Origin: an uncultured Gemmatimonadales bacterium
GTDB taxonomy: Bacteria > Gemmatimonadota > Gemmatimonadetes > Longimicrobiales > Longimicrobiaceae
Direction: 5' to 3'
Length of the DNA: 64,000 bases
Assembly: GCA_963716255.1 (NCBI GenBank)
Contig: OY970303.1
Span: 3,840,001-3,904,000 of the forward strand
Below the pieces are notes generated by a model. The model saw only the letters and a list, made by a program, of their open reading frames with translations. It searched no databases and had not been told where the DNA came from. A program made the position numbers and the translations under genes. Each line of letters begins with the position of its first letter. Position 1 is the first letter of the stretch. Positions 38,198-47,534 of this stretch are shown here, piece by piece.

Positions 38198-39331
38198 GTG
38201 CAGCCCAGATCCCGCTCGGCCCACGGGCGCTCCAGCCTCCGGGCCGTTCTCCCTGTGCTCGCTTTCCTGACCGGCTGCGATCAGCCGTCCAGGGGGGCGG
38301 ATGAAGGGTCGGCGCGACCCGCCGAGATTGCCCTGATGGCGGACTCCGCTGCCCGCTTTCCCCATCCGTTCACGGCCGTCGCGGGCCTGCGCGAGCTCGG
38401 TGACGGCCGGGTGCTCGTCTCCGACCGGGGCGAGACCCGGGTCGTTCTCGTGGACTTCGGGACGGGTGACACGGTCCCGGTCGGCGGCGAAGGGGCCGGC
38501 CCGGGTGAGTACGCGATCCCGGGGAGACTGGTCCCGCTGCCGGGTGATTCCACCCTGCTCGTGGACGAAGGGACGCGGCGGCTGGCGGTGGTCCGCGCCG
38601 ACGGGCGGATGGGCGCCACCATCAATCCTCCCGCCGGAATTCTCATCACGAGCCTCGGCGGAGTCGGCCTCACCGGTGAGATCTTCTTTGAAGGAAGACC
38701 GGCGGGAACAGGCGGAGCTGACGGGACGAGTTCCTCCGACTCCGTTCCGATCCTCCGGTGGAGACCCGGTGCGGCACACGCCGACACGGTCGCGCGGCTG
38801 CGCGTTGGGCCCCTGGCGAGTGTAGCCCTGGGTGACCCTTCGGGGGGGATGGTGACCAGGATCTCCATCCCCCAGCCGTTCGCGCCGGGAGACGCGTGGG
38901 GGGTGAACTCCAGGGGCGAGCTGCTGATCCTGCGTGCCGAACCCTTCCGGATGGAGCGCCGTGACCGCGACGGGGCTCCGCTTGGAACGGGCTCCATCCT
39001 GCGACGTGCGCCCGTGCCTGTCACCGCACGGGACAGGGAGGTGTTCCCCTTCGGGAGCAAAGCCGCCGAAAGCATCCAGTGGCCGGAGACCAAGCCGCCG
39101 TTCGTGTACGGGACGTTCCGGGTCTCCCCGGGAGGGGACGCATGGGTCCAGCTCTCGACGCCTGCCGACGACCCCGCACCGCTGTACGGGATCCTGCAGC
39201 CGGACGGGACGCTGACCCGTCTGGTCCGGCTCCCGGCAGGGCGCAGGCTGGTTGGTCTCGGCAAGAACGCCGTGTATGCGGTGCAGAAGGACGACGACGA
39301 TCTCGAATGGGTGGAGCGGTATGCCTTCTAG
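38198..39331 (+). CDS. 6-bladed beta-propeller-like lipoprotein
   Basis: FLTGC lipobox; VLVSD and GGEGAGPGEY motifs; C-terminal DDDDLEWVERY; start approximate. Confidence 0.75.
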   Translation: MQPRSRSAHGRSSLRAVLPVLAFLTGCDQPSRGADEGSARPAEIALMADSAARFPHPFTAVAGLRELGDGRVLVSDRGETRVVLVDFGTGDTVPVGGEGAGPGEYAIPGRLVPLPGDSTLLVDEGTRRLAVVRADGRMGATINPPAGILITSLGGVGLTGEIFFEGRPAGTGGADGTSSSDSVPILRWRPGAAHADTVARLRVGPLASVALGDPSGGMVTRISIPQPFAPGDAWGVNSRGELLILRAEPFRMERRDRDGAPLGTGSILRRAPVPVTARDREVFPFGSKAAESIQWPETKPPFVYGTFRVSPGGDAWVQLSTPADDPAPLYGILQPDGTLTRLVRLPAGRRLVGLGKNAVYAVQKDDDDLEWVERYAF

Positions 39332-39386
39332 GTGGGTCTCGCGGGCGTCCGCAGTGCAGCGGCGCGGCGGGGCCCGGCTCGTCGCC

Positions 39387-40442
39387 ATGCAACCCCGGTC
39401 GGTGGTTCGGGCGGTCGTTGCCTTGGTCCTGGTGCACGTGCTCGCGTCCCCCGTGGGCGCCCAGCTGCGCGGTGTCGTGAGGGATGGTGCCGGGCACCCC
39501 GTTCCCGGTGTGGCGGTCGAGATCTGGAGCCCGTTCCGGCAGCTCGGGGTCCGGATGTCGGACGAGGGGGGCGCATTCCGGTTCTCGCGCGAAGAGGTGC
39601 AGGACGCGAGCGGGATCCTCGCACGGCGCCTGGGGATGAAAACGGCCCACCTCCGCACAGCCCCGGGCGACACGCTGGTGGCGCTGCGCATGGATCCGGA
39701 GCCGGAGGTGCTTGAGGGGCTGACGGTGACGGCCAGCCGCGCCTCGTGTCCGAACCGGGAAACGCCGCGCGCCCGGGCGCTATGGACGGCGCTCCGCGAT
39801 CGGTATCGAGGCGGTACGGATACCAGCACGATCAGCTCCTACCTGGTCTCGGTCGAATCCGTAGGCCCCAGGGACCAGGTGGGCCTTGTGGACACGACCC
39901 GCGCCTCCCGCGGATGGCTCAAGTCCCTCCACCCTCAGCGGCGCCTGTGGGCCCGCATCATCGCCACGGAGGGATACGCTCACGGGATCACCTCCAGCGT
40001 GGGCGAGGCATACGCCGCCTGGCGCTATCCTCCGCTAGGGTCCCACTACGCGACCCATTTCGTCGAGGACCTGTTCGGCGCGCAGCACACGCTCAGCGTC
40101 GCCAGCGAGGCCGGGGGTGAAGTGGTTCTCCGCTTCTGCCCGCGGGACCGGTCCGGTCGAAGGTCGCAGATCGAGGGCACGCTGACACTGGCCGCGGACG
40201 CGACGCTTCTTCAAGCCACCTGGAAGTACCGGACCCCGAAGCCGCGCGAGGATGCGGGTGGCGAGGTCGACTTCGCGCCCCCGGCCGCGAACTTCAGCAC
40301 GCCGTTGCTGCTTCCCGCGACGAGCTTGTACTGGCGGCGTACGACCGGCGGCAGGTATTACCAGCGGTGGGAGAAGTACCCCGAATGGCGGGTGATCGGG
40401 TACCATGACCGGCCAGATTGGGCTGAGCAGCCGGGCTCCTGA
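39387..40442 (+). CDS. Secreted protein with a carboxypeptidase-regulatory-like N-terminal domain
   Basis: Signal peptide; LRGVVRDGAGHPVPGVAV and SDEGGAF motifs. Confidence 0.75.
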   Translation: MQPRSVVRAVVALVLVHVLASPVGAQLRGVVRDGAGHPVPGVAVEIWSPFRQLGVRMSDEGGAFRFSREEVQDASGILARRLGMKTAHLRTAPGDTLVALRMDPEPEVLEGLTVTASRASCPNRETPRARALWTALRDRYRGGTDTSTISSYLVSVESVGPRDQVGLVDTTRASRGWLKSLHPQRRLWARIIATEGYAHGITSSVGEAYAAWRYPPLGSHYATHFVEDLFGAQHTLSVASEAGGEVVLRFCPRDRSGRRSQIEGTLTLAADATLLQATWKYRTPKPREDAGGEVDFAPPAANFSTPLLLPATSLYWRRTTGGRYYQRWEKYPEWRVIGYHDRPDWAEQPGS

Positions 40443-40815
40443 CGGCGAGCGGCGCGGGGCCGCGCCGCTCCGGGGGATGTACGCCGGGGACACCCGGCAC
40501 GCACGGCAGGCCAGGGCACTCGCGGAGCGGGCTGCCGCGAAGCTGGAGCCGGGCCTGACGTGGGCGGAGCTGACTCCGGGCACGGTGCTCTACCTGGCCC
40601 GGTGCTTCGCACAGGAGCGGACGGACGGAAAGGGGGTGCGCGCCGCGGAGTATGCGTCCGTGGTGCTCTACACCGTCGCGGGGTGGCTCCGGGAAGAGCG
40701 GTTGATCCCGGAGACGGCGGCTCTCCTGGTGAGGGCGCGCGCGTCCAAGGCGCGCCGGAAGATGCGGCAGCACCTCAGGGCGTCCGAGCCGGCGGCGCTG
40801 CGGGGGGTCGCATGA
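40405..40815 (+). CDS. Hypothetical protein
   Basis: Open GC3-rich frame ending at the island A terminal repeat; start uncertain. Confidence 0.45.
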   Translation: MTGQIGLSSRAPDGERRGAAPLRGMYAGDTRHARQARALAERAAAKLEPGLTWAELTPGTVLYLARCFAQERTDGKGVRAAEYASVVLYTVAGWLREERLIPETAALLVRARASKARRKMRQHLRASEPAALRGVA

Positions 40816-40900
40816 GCAATCTATCCCACACCTATCCCACCGGGCGGCAGGACGCGAAGAGCCCCGGCAACCTAGATGGCTGCCGGGGCTCAACTTAGAA

Positions 40901-40946
40901 AGCGCCCACTCCAGGACTCGAACCTGGGACCCTCTGATTAACAGTC
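40901..40946 (-). repeat. 46-bp att direct repeat (3' half of tRNA-Asn)
   Basis: Identical to 51321-51366. Confidence 0.95.
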
Positions 40947-41088
40947 GGGAGGGCGGGGGGGCGGGATACGACAGAGCGTAGAATCTACGCGGTGTTCTGG
41001 GCATCGGCGTCGCATCTCTCCCTCCCTGTTGCGAGTCTTGTAGCGGGAAACTCACAACGGTACTCACAACAGCGATTCCGGTAGCTCA

Positions 41089-41796
41089 TTAGGCACGTAC
41101 GGGCCGAGGGGTGATAAAATTCCCCTCCTTATCAAAGAGCACGGGATACAAGATGTCGCTGAACATATTCAGGAGTTCTTCAACAGCCTTGTTATTGTCC
41201 TGAATGCGCTCCACCCACTCACGTCGGACTTCGCGATACTGCCATCGTAGGTAGGTCTGCCAAAATTCCTCGTCTGAGTATGTGGCGACCAGTTCAGTAC
41301 CCGTGAGATCATCTAACCGCTTCTCTGAGAAGCGACGTTGGTGCACATGCGAGCTACGAGTGTCCGTGATTGATCCCAAGGCCGCTCGCACCGCCAATTC
41401 CGCTCTACTTGCAGCCTCTGCGGCTAGACTCTTTCGTGGCGTCTTGCGATAGAGCCGCTCCACCATAGCCGTATAGGCCACCAACCGCTCTCGGAGAATA
41501 TAAACTTCGTGCAGATAGGCTTCGATATGGAACTGAAGATAACGAGTCTTCCGCACACGTGTTCCCGAGAAGGGGAAGCGCCGAATGTAAACTCCGATAT
41601 CGAGCATCACCTCGTAAGTGTTTACTATCTCGGTGTATCCCCCAAAAATCTTCGAGAATAGTAAATCGGGCTTGGGTGCCACATCCTGGGGTATCGCTTC
41701 GCCATCCGTCTTTGCGAGACGACGTTTTAGAACTGGCCTCAGTCGGGCCTGGGCGAAATTAACAGACGCCGTGGTGAAATCGTTCCAGGTATGCAT
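41089..41796 (-). CDS. Putative HEPN-domain protein (Cthe_2314-like)
   Basis: Helical 235-aa protein with EAYLHEVYILRERL and an Rx4H motif (RSSHVH). Confidence 0.6.
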   Translation of the reverse strand: MHTWNDFTTASVNFAQARLRPVLKRRLAKTDGEAIPQDVAPKPDLLFSKIFGGYTEIVNTYEVMLDIGVYIRRFPFSGTRVRKTRYLQFHIEAYLHEVYILRERLVAYTAMVERLYRKTPRKSLAAEAASRAELAVRAALGSITDTRSSHVHQRRFSEKRLDDLTGTELVATYSDEEFWQTYLRWQYREVRREWVERIQDNNKAVEELLNMFSDILYPVLFDKEGNFITPRPVRA

Positions 41797-41841
41797 ACCC
41801 GTGGCTTGCAGGGTGTTGTCTTAGCAATTCCGATTTGGGCG

Positions 41842-42075
41842 CTACTCCGGGGGCTTGTCCAACCCGTGAGCGAACTCCGTCCAAGTGACATGCAGGCCCG
41901 CGAGGATACGGGCAACCACCTTTATGGTAGGGTTGCGTTGCCCGCGCTCCACGTCACCGAGGTAGTTCGTAGTTACACCGGCGCGGCGTGCAGTTTCTTC
42001 GATGGTGTAGCCGCGTTCTTGGCGTAATTGCCGAAGTACGGCGCCGAATGGGGGAGCGTGATCGTAGCGGGTCAT
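41842..42075 (-). CDS. XRE-family HTH regulator (copy 1)
   Basis: LRQLRQERGYTIEETARRAGVTTNYLGDVERGQRNPT. Confidence 0.88.
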   Translation of the reverse strand: MTRYDHAPPFGAVLRQLRQERGYTIEETARRAGVTTNYLGDVERGQRNPTIKVVARILAGLHVTWTEFAHGLDKPPE

Positions 42076-42197
42076 GCGGCACGCTACCACCTGGCCCAAG
42101 AATCGGCCACCAACTATCAGGGTGGAAAATTCGCGTCGCCCCTTGTTCAAGAGCGGCCGCAGCAGTACAATTGACCAACTATGAGGGTGGTTAGTGG

Positions 42198-42431
42198 CTA
42201 CGCCGGATTGTTCTCCAGAGCGTGGGCGAACTCCTTCCACGTGACTCGTAGACCGGCGAGGATGCGCCCGACTACACGAACGGTAGGGTTACGCTGTCCG
42301 CGTTCTACGTCACCGAGGTAGTTCGCAGTTACGCCAGCACGCCGGGCCGCCTCCTCTATCGTGAGGTCGCGGTCCTGGCGAAGCCGCCTTAGCGCGGCGC
42401 CATATGGAGGGTCGGAAGCGTGCGAGGCCAT
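42198..42431 (-). CDS. XRE-family HTH regulator (copy 2)
   Basis: Close paralog of copy 1 with the same length (77 aa). Confidence 0.88.
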   Translation of the reverse strand: MASHASDPPYGAALRRLRQDRDLTIEEAARRAGVTANYLGDVERGQRNPTVRVVGRILAGLRVTWKEFAHALENNPA

Positions 42432-42507
42432 TCCGCACGCTACGGGCTAGCTGTATCTCAGTCCACCAACTATCAGGGTGGTTTCACCCGAACGGCAGGA
42501 TTTACCG

Positions 42508-42768
42508 ATGAGGACAAGAACGGATGATGGGACGCTGATCTCTCCCTCGCGCCTACTTGAGATGCTGGAGTTCCGGTTCGGAGCATTCAAGGCAATTGCG
42601 TATGCAGCCGCCGAGCTGGCCGACAAGGAGCCAGATGATTGCCCGGCGATGGACAAGCTGACCGCCTCGGCCATCCTAGAGTTTGGCGACGACCTCCATC
42701 AGGCGTACGAAGCTGCACTGGAGTGGGTGGAGCTGGACGACGCACCCACCCACCTAGACCGGCCATGA
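42508..42768 (+). CDS. Hypothetical acidic protein
   Basis: AGGA RBS; divergent from the XRE pair. Confidence 0.5.
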   Translation: MRTRTDDGTLISPSRLLEMLEFRFGAFKAIAYAAAELADKEPDDCPAMDKLTASAILEFGDDLHQAYEAALEWVELDDAPTHLDRP

Positions 42769-42983
42769 GCTGCGAGCAACCTGACGAGGACCTTCCGCCG
42801 GAACTGATGCTTGACGTCATCGAGAGGTCGCTCGACAACATCCCTGACGACACGAAGCCCCAGGCGCGGCAGGAGACAATTGCGATGTTCGCCGGCATCT
42901 TCGAGCAAGCGGGATTGCCCGTTCCCAAGTGGGTGCGCCTCAGCCAAACCGTTTGGGGCAGCCCTGGTTCTGGCATTCGATGA
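42765..42983 (+). CDS. Hypothetical protein
   Basis: ATGA-coupled to the upstream ORF. Confidence 0.5.
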   Translation: MSCEQPDEDLPPELMLDVIERSLDNIPDDTKPQARQETIAMFAGIFEQAGLPVPKWVRLSQTVWGSPGSGIR

Positions 42984-43095
42984 ACTGAGCGGCCACGCGG
43001 TGTTTCAGACTTCTGCGCCACTGGTGCGAGTCTTGTAGCGAGAAACTCACAATTCTCTAGGATAGACTACGACACCGGAAGCGCGTGAACTGCCC

Positions 43096-45432
43096 ATGGC
43101 GAAACGGCGCAAGACCAAGGGACGAACACGGCCTCAGAAGCGTGTAACCTCATCTGGCCTCACGCCAGTTGCACGCCCCGTAGAGTTCGTTGAGATGTCG
43201 AACCCAGTCGGCCAATTGTCTCCGAGCGAGCGGGGCGAGGTGATGCAGGAGCTTGCAGATGTAGCAGAGGCCGAGTTCTCCAAACACATGGCAACGCTTG
43301 ATGAGGTAATCGGAGAGTCCGATCCCGTACAGCTAATCTCCGCACTTGGGCTCCAGGCGCTTCTGGCGCAGCAGAAAACCGAGTTCGAGTTGACATCGGA
43401 CACGCTGCTCGCTGATCAGTACGAGTTGATCCACGCCCTCATCCTTCGCAAAGCGAAGCGGGATTTCGGCGGAAAGTTCATGGATGGGCGGCGCCTCAGC
43501 GAGATTCAAGATGCCGCTGCGGGGGCAACTAGTGCATTCTCGCAACGTCGGATGGGCGCGCTTGCAGCCGTCTCGTCCGACGGCGAGGCACGGCGCCTGT
43601 TTGTGATTGAACAGATGCGAGGCGCGACGCAACGCATCCGGAATTGGGGATACCCGGAGCAGATGATCCGGATTCTCCATGAGCTGTTCGCGCCGTTAGA
43701 CGATGCTTTCACCCATAGGTTTGGGCTCTCCGCGACCGGCATACTCGATATGATGATAGACGTCATGTCTTTAATTGAAGATCGTTTGGCCGAATATCGA
43801 GCCCGGCTCTACCCAGTGTTCAAGGCGAAGACCCTCACCGCGTTGGCTAAACGTTACTTTGGGGCGTTCCCTGATATTGATGGGTCACCGGACCGGATGG
43901 TTCAATCTTTTCGTGAGCGCGGTGCCACTCCTGGCCAAGCGCGGGCGATCCTTCTTGAGCACGCAAGCCTACGTCTGCCGGGTGCATTCACGATCACTAT
44001 GAACGACTTCATTGATGCTTATCCATCGGCTGACGTAGATCGCAAAGCCGTTACAAGCATCGTTGACCGTTGGGCACTTTCGTTCGGTGACCTGGGATCG
44101 ATAGACCAAGAGCACCTTTTCCTCGGTAATCCGATATGGGGTAAACCACTGATTGCTTTGGGGAACGAACGATTCCTCCTGCCTAATGCGGTGCAGTTCT
44201 TCAGTTTTTGCTTGGAGATGTTCGACGAACTCCTTGCTGATGACCCTACGCTCAGAGAGCAGTACGAGCGCCGACGAGCAAAATACCTCGAAGACCGCTT
44301 ATATGATCTGTTAATCGCAGCTTTTCCAACCGCCAAGGTGCACCGGGGCTCGCTCTGGAAGGACGATGCGTCTGGAAAGGATTTCGAAAACGACTTGCTT
44401 GTTGTTGTTGACGAGGTGGCGTTGGTGATCGAGGCGAAGTCAGGGCGGGTTTCTGCACCGGCAAGACGGGGTGCGGTGCGAAGGCTTGAGCGTGAAATCC
44501 AGAAGCTCGTAGCCGAGCCCGCACAGCAGGCGGCCCGGTTCATTGGGTATCTAAAGCGAGTAGGGCCTCACGTTGAGTTGCAGACGCTTGACGGGCGGAC
44601 GAACAAGATCAATCTCTCAGATGTGAAGCAGCTCATCCCGATAAGCATCATCTTTGAAAACCTCGGTAGTCTCGCCACACATGGCCCAACACTCCGTGCG
44701 GCTGGTTTCGTTGCGTCCGATGCACCGCTTGCGCCGACAATCGGGCTAACTGACCTGGAGATCATCTTTGAGACGCTTGGACGAGCCTGTGAGAAGTTGC
44801 ACTACCTCAAGAGGCGGTCCGAGTTCGAGAATCATGTACTCTACGAGGGCGACGAGGTGGACCTCTTGGGGTTCTATTTGGAGACCGGGTTCAACATCGG
44901 GGAGACAGAATACCAGGGAGAGCTGGCTCTCCACCTGACCGGTATTTCTGCTCAGCAAGTCGATCCGTACTTCATGCGCGGTGGCCGGTTATCCCGCGTG
45001 GCAAGACCGCAGCGCCGGTATACAAAGTTCTGGAGCGATCTTCTTGATCGTGTCGAACTCCGAAAGTGGCCGCACTGGACTTTGGTGGGGTTCACCTTGT
45101 TGAATGTCGCGGAGTCAGACCAAGTGAAGTTTGAACGAGGTCTTCAGAAGGTCATAGCGTCCGTTAGGCCGCGATCGAAGAAGCCAGGGCAAAAGAACTA
45201 CGTCGTTCTGGCCAATGGTCCACCACAGCGTCGAGACGTTCTTGTAGGGGCTGCCTACAAGACGCAGCCTCGCGACGAGCGGGATAAATTTCTACAGATG
45301 GTAGCAGGAAGCAGCATGGATATAGCCGGCAGCGATCAAGCTGTTGTAATTGGAGTTGATGTAGAAGAGCTTGTTTACCCGTACAACACGATCGGGCTTT
45401 TCTTCCGGACTCCCAGATCGACGGACGGTTGA
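43096..45432 (+). CDS. Large protein with a NERD/PD-(D/E)xK nuclease-like motif
   Basis: 778 aa; YLEDR...ENDLLVVVDEVALVIEAKSG...Q pattern. Confidence 0.7.
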   Translation: MAKRRKTKGRTRPQKRVTSSGLTPVARPVEFVEMSNPVGQLSPSERGEVMQELADVAEAEFSKHMATLDEVIGESDPVQLISALGLQALLAQQKTEFELTSDTLLADQYELIHALILRKAKRDFGGKFMDGRRLSEIQDAAAGATSAFSQRRMGALAAVSSDGEARRLFVIEQMRGATQRIRNWGYPEQMIRILHELFAPLDDAFTHRFGLSATGILDMMIDVMSLIEDRLAEYRARLYPVFKAKTLTALAKRYFGAFPDIDGSPDRMVQSFRERGATPGQARAILLEHASLRLPGAFTITMNDFIDAYPSADVDRKAVTSIVDRWALSFGDLGSIDQEHLFLGNPIWGKPLIALGNERFLLPNAVQFFSFCLEMFDELLADDPTLREQYERRRAKYLEDRLYDLLIAAFPTAKVHRGSLWKDDASGKDFENDLLVVVDEVALVIEAKSGRVSAPARRGAVRRLEREIQKLVAEPAQQAARFIGYLKRVGPHVELQTLDGRTNKINLSDVKQLIPISIIFENLGSLATHGPTLRAAGFVASDAPLAPTIGLTDLEIIFETLGRACEKLHYLKRRSEFENHVLYEGDEVDLLGFYLETGFNIGETEYQGELALHLTGISAQQVDPYFMRGGRLSRVARPQRRYTKFWSDLLDRVELRKWPHWTLVGFTLLNVAESDQVKFERGLQKVIASVRPRSKKPGQKNYVVLANGPPQRRDVLVGAAYKTQPRDERDKFLQMVAGSSMDIAGSDQAVVIGVDVEELVYPYNTIGLFFRTPRSTDG

Positions 45433-45500
45433 AACTTCATGGTGGTGAAGCTGGCTAGGAAAAATTTACGTTGTAACACCTACTAACAAAACGCGGGTGA

Positions 45501-45752
45501 TCAGGGAGGCCCCAATAGGAATTCTACCTCAGCCAAAATTCCTGAGGGTGAGGTGTTCAGCTGACGAGAAACCTCGAAAAGAACCCGAACTGTCGGGGAG
45601 TTCACGCCCCGTTCTAGGTGGCTGATGTACGTAGGATGCAACTTGCAGCGATAGGCAAGCGCCTCCTGTGATAGCCCCGCCTCCCGCCGTTTTGAGGCGA
45701 GGACCCGGCCAAGTGCTTGGGCCAGATTGGCCCCATCTCCTTGAGTATCCAT
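45501..45752 (-). CDS. XRE-family regulator (controller-protein-like)
   Basis: GLSQEALA...HPTYISHLERGVNSPTV. Confidence 0.85.
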   Translation of the reverse strand: MDTQGDGANLAQALGRVLASKRREAGLSQEALAYRCKLHPTYISHLERGVNSPTVRVLFEVSRQLNTSPSGILAEVEFLLGPP

Positions 45753-45867
45753 AGGGTGGATTCTCCACCCGTCAGGTACTATACTACCATAGAAAATACT
45801 ACCAGGCGTTTGCCGCTCGTCTAATCTGCCCACTACCGGACCGACACCCCAGCAAACGGAGAATACG

Positions 45868-46260
45868 ATGCGGAACCTTTGGGCTCTCCTGCTTCTCGTT
45901 GCGCTAAGCGGTTGTGTACGAGCAGGAGTCCACCGCCTGGACTACGGGTGGCGCCCTGCATTGCGCCCGGAGCAGGTTGCCGTGTACTTCGCGGGCCAGG
46001 AACCAGAGTTCAACTCCACCAGCTACAAACTCGTTGCAGAGATCAACATTACTGCCGGGAGCGGAGCGTCCTGGGAGAAAGTAGCCCGCAAGTGCCAAGC
46101 GGAGGCGGCCAAGCTCGGGGCCGAGTTCGTGGTGATTGCTGGAGGGGATGTTGATGCAGGAAGCGTGGGGACGGCGTTTTCGTCGGGTGCAGTTACTAGC
46201 GTCTACATGTATCCGCAGTCGTACAAATCAGCGGTGGCGTATGTCATTGCCCGCAGGTAG
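45868..46260 (+). CDS. Small lipoprotein
   Basis: ACGGAG RBS, LSGC lipobox, AAKLGAEFVVI. Confidence 0.75.
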   Translation: MRNLWALLLLVALSGCVRAGVHRLDYGWRPALRPEQVAVYFAGQEPEFNSTSYKLVAEINITAGSGASWEKVARKCQAEAAKLGAEFVVIAGGDVDAGSVGTAFSSGAVTSVYMYPQSYKSAVAYVIARR

Positions 46261-46412
46261 CTGCCGCAGCAGGTCCAAGCACAGGCGACACCAGGCTTAA
46301 GCTAGCTCGCTGGAGGGATAAAGGGGGATAACCCCAGAATCCCCCTACGAGCGGTCTGACTGTGAACTGACGGGGCAAAGGTGGGGGTAACGGGTTGTTG
46401 CAGCCGTTATCC

Positions 46413-46895
46413 TCATTTCCTGTTGTTTGGGCCACTCCTTTGGTGTTTCGGTCCTAAGTTGCTTCCGTTGATGATCTCTGTGGCTCGGGAGCGGGAAATC
46501 CCGTAGACCCTCGCGATTTCCCGGTGCGTAAGCCCCTGCTTCGCCATCTCTCTCACCTTTGGGTACTCCTTCGGCTGGACCTTCCTTACGTGCAGCCGAC
46601 AATGATCCTCCTGTTTTAGCAGAGTTAGATGAAGGGGGTTAGCACAAATTGGATTGCGGCAAACGTGGTGACCGCTGGGAATCGGGCCATAGACCAGCGT
46701 GAAGATCGACCGGTGAGCTGTAGTCTGTCTGCCTCTCGGCCCCCGAATGCCGTAACCCTGGCTGTTAGCCGCACCTTGCCACTCAAGACACCCGGTGGAG
46801 GGGTTCTCGACAAGGGCGGGACGGCGAGGCCTGCTGGCGCGAGCTTGGATTTCGAGGGAAGCAAGGAAGGGGAACTGGACGAGGGCATTCTCCAT
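46413..46895 (-). CDS. HNH (His-Me finger) endonuclease with a C-terminal HTH
   Basis: GGAGG RBS; CLEWQG..GYG, AHR and H.CRNPICANPLHL motifs; EIARVYGISRS. Confidence 0.75.
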   Translation of the reverse strand: MENALVQFPFLASLEIQARASRPRRPALVENPSTGCLEWQGAANSQGYGIRGPRGRQTTAHRSIFTLVYGPIPSGHHVCRNPICANPLHLTLLKQEDHCRLHVRKVQPKEYPKVREMAKQGLTHREIARVYGISRSRATEIINGSNLGPKHQRSGPNNRK

Positions 46896-47242
46896 AAGGC
46901 ACCTCCGAGAAAGAGCTAAGTGGTCGGTTCGGTTCACACTTAGGTCTGTCTGAGAGGCTGACCCCCGCAAACATCCAAAGGGGGTGATTCCCGGAAGTCA
47001 CCCGAATTATTTAGACGGGCCTTTGCGCCATTATCGGAGGCGAAGCCTCGCTGCTGTTTGAAAACCCCCGGGGGGCGTCTGGCCGGCCTTGCGGGGGCAG
47101 GGTTCTGGGATTTGAAGGGGGCGTGGCGCAGAACTTTCAGTTCCTGCCGCGCCCCACCTCTAACTGAAGCCTCTCTAACGCAATCCTCGCTTCCGGGAAG
47201 CCCCGGGAGCGGAACCAGGAGCAATTTGCTTAGGGAGGTTGT

Positions 47243-47455
47243 ATGTCTCGCAATCCAGATGTAGGGCCTGCCGACACTGCGGAGCTGCTTTTCGAGGCGC
47301 GCGCTATCGCACACGCGATAGCCGGACCCTCCGATTTGCTGGCGCACGGCGTGTTCGGCCCGCTTACGGAGGAGCAGCAGAGCCAGGTTGAAGGCATCCG
47401 AGACAATGCGCTTCGCCTTGTATCTGCCCTGAATTCCCTCTCCCTGGCCTCTTGA
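47243..47455 (+). CDS. Stand-alone HisKA/DHp-like mini-protein lacking the phospho-His
   Basis: GGGAGG RBS; aligns by eye to DHp (FEARAIAHAIAG..DLL..GVFGPLTEEQ). Confidence 0.6.
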   Translation: MSRNPDVGPADTAELLFEARAIAHAIAGPSDLLAHGVFGPLTEEQQSQVEGIRDNALRLVSALNSLSLAS

Positions 47456-47534
47456 GTCAAAGGAGCTGACGGGTTCAGGACTACGGGGGGCCCAGGGACG
47501 GCGGGGACCCTGGTCCTCCTCTTCTTCGGTTGAA

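Larger units (their letters stand above)
35631..40900. mobile_element. Older, integrase-less island (island A) at tRNA-Asn
   Basis: Bounded by tRNA 3' fragments; composition shifts; 29-bp repeat at 36807-36835 and 40809-40837. Confidence 0.6.

Noticed and set aside
40901..40946. Second tRNA-Asn gene
   Set aside because: Lacks the D arm and 5' acceptor strand; it is an att repeat
46940..47230. Possible oriT or replication origin among G/C-run inverted repeats
   Set aside because: No recognisable nick-site consensus and no relaxase or Rep gene nearby
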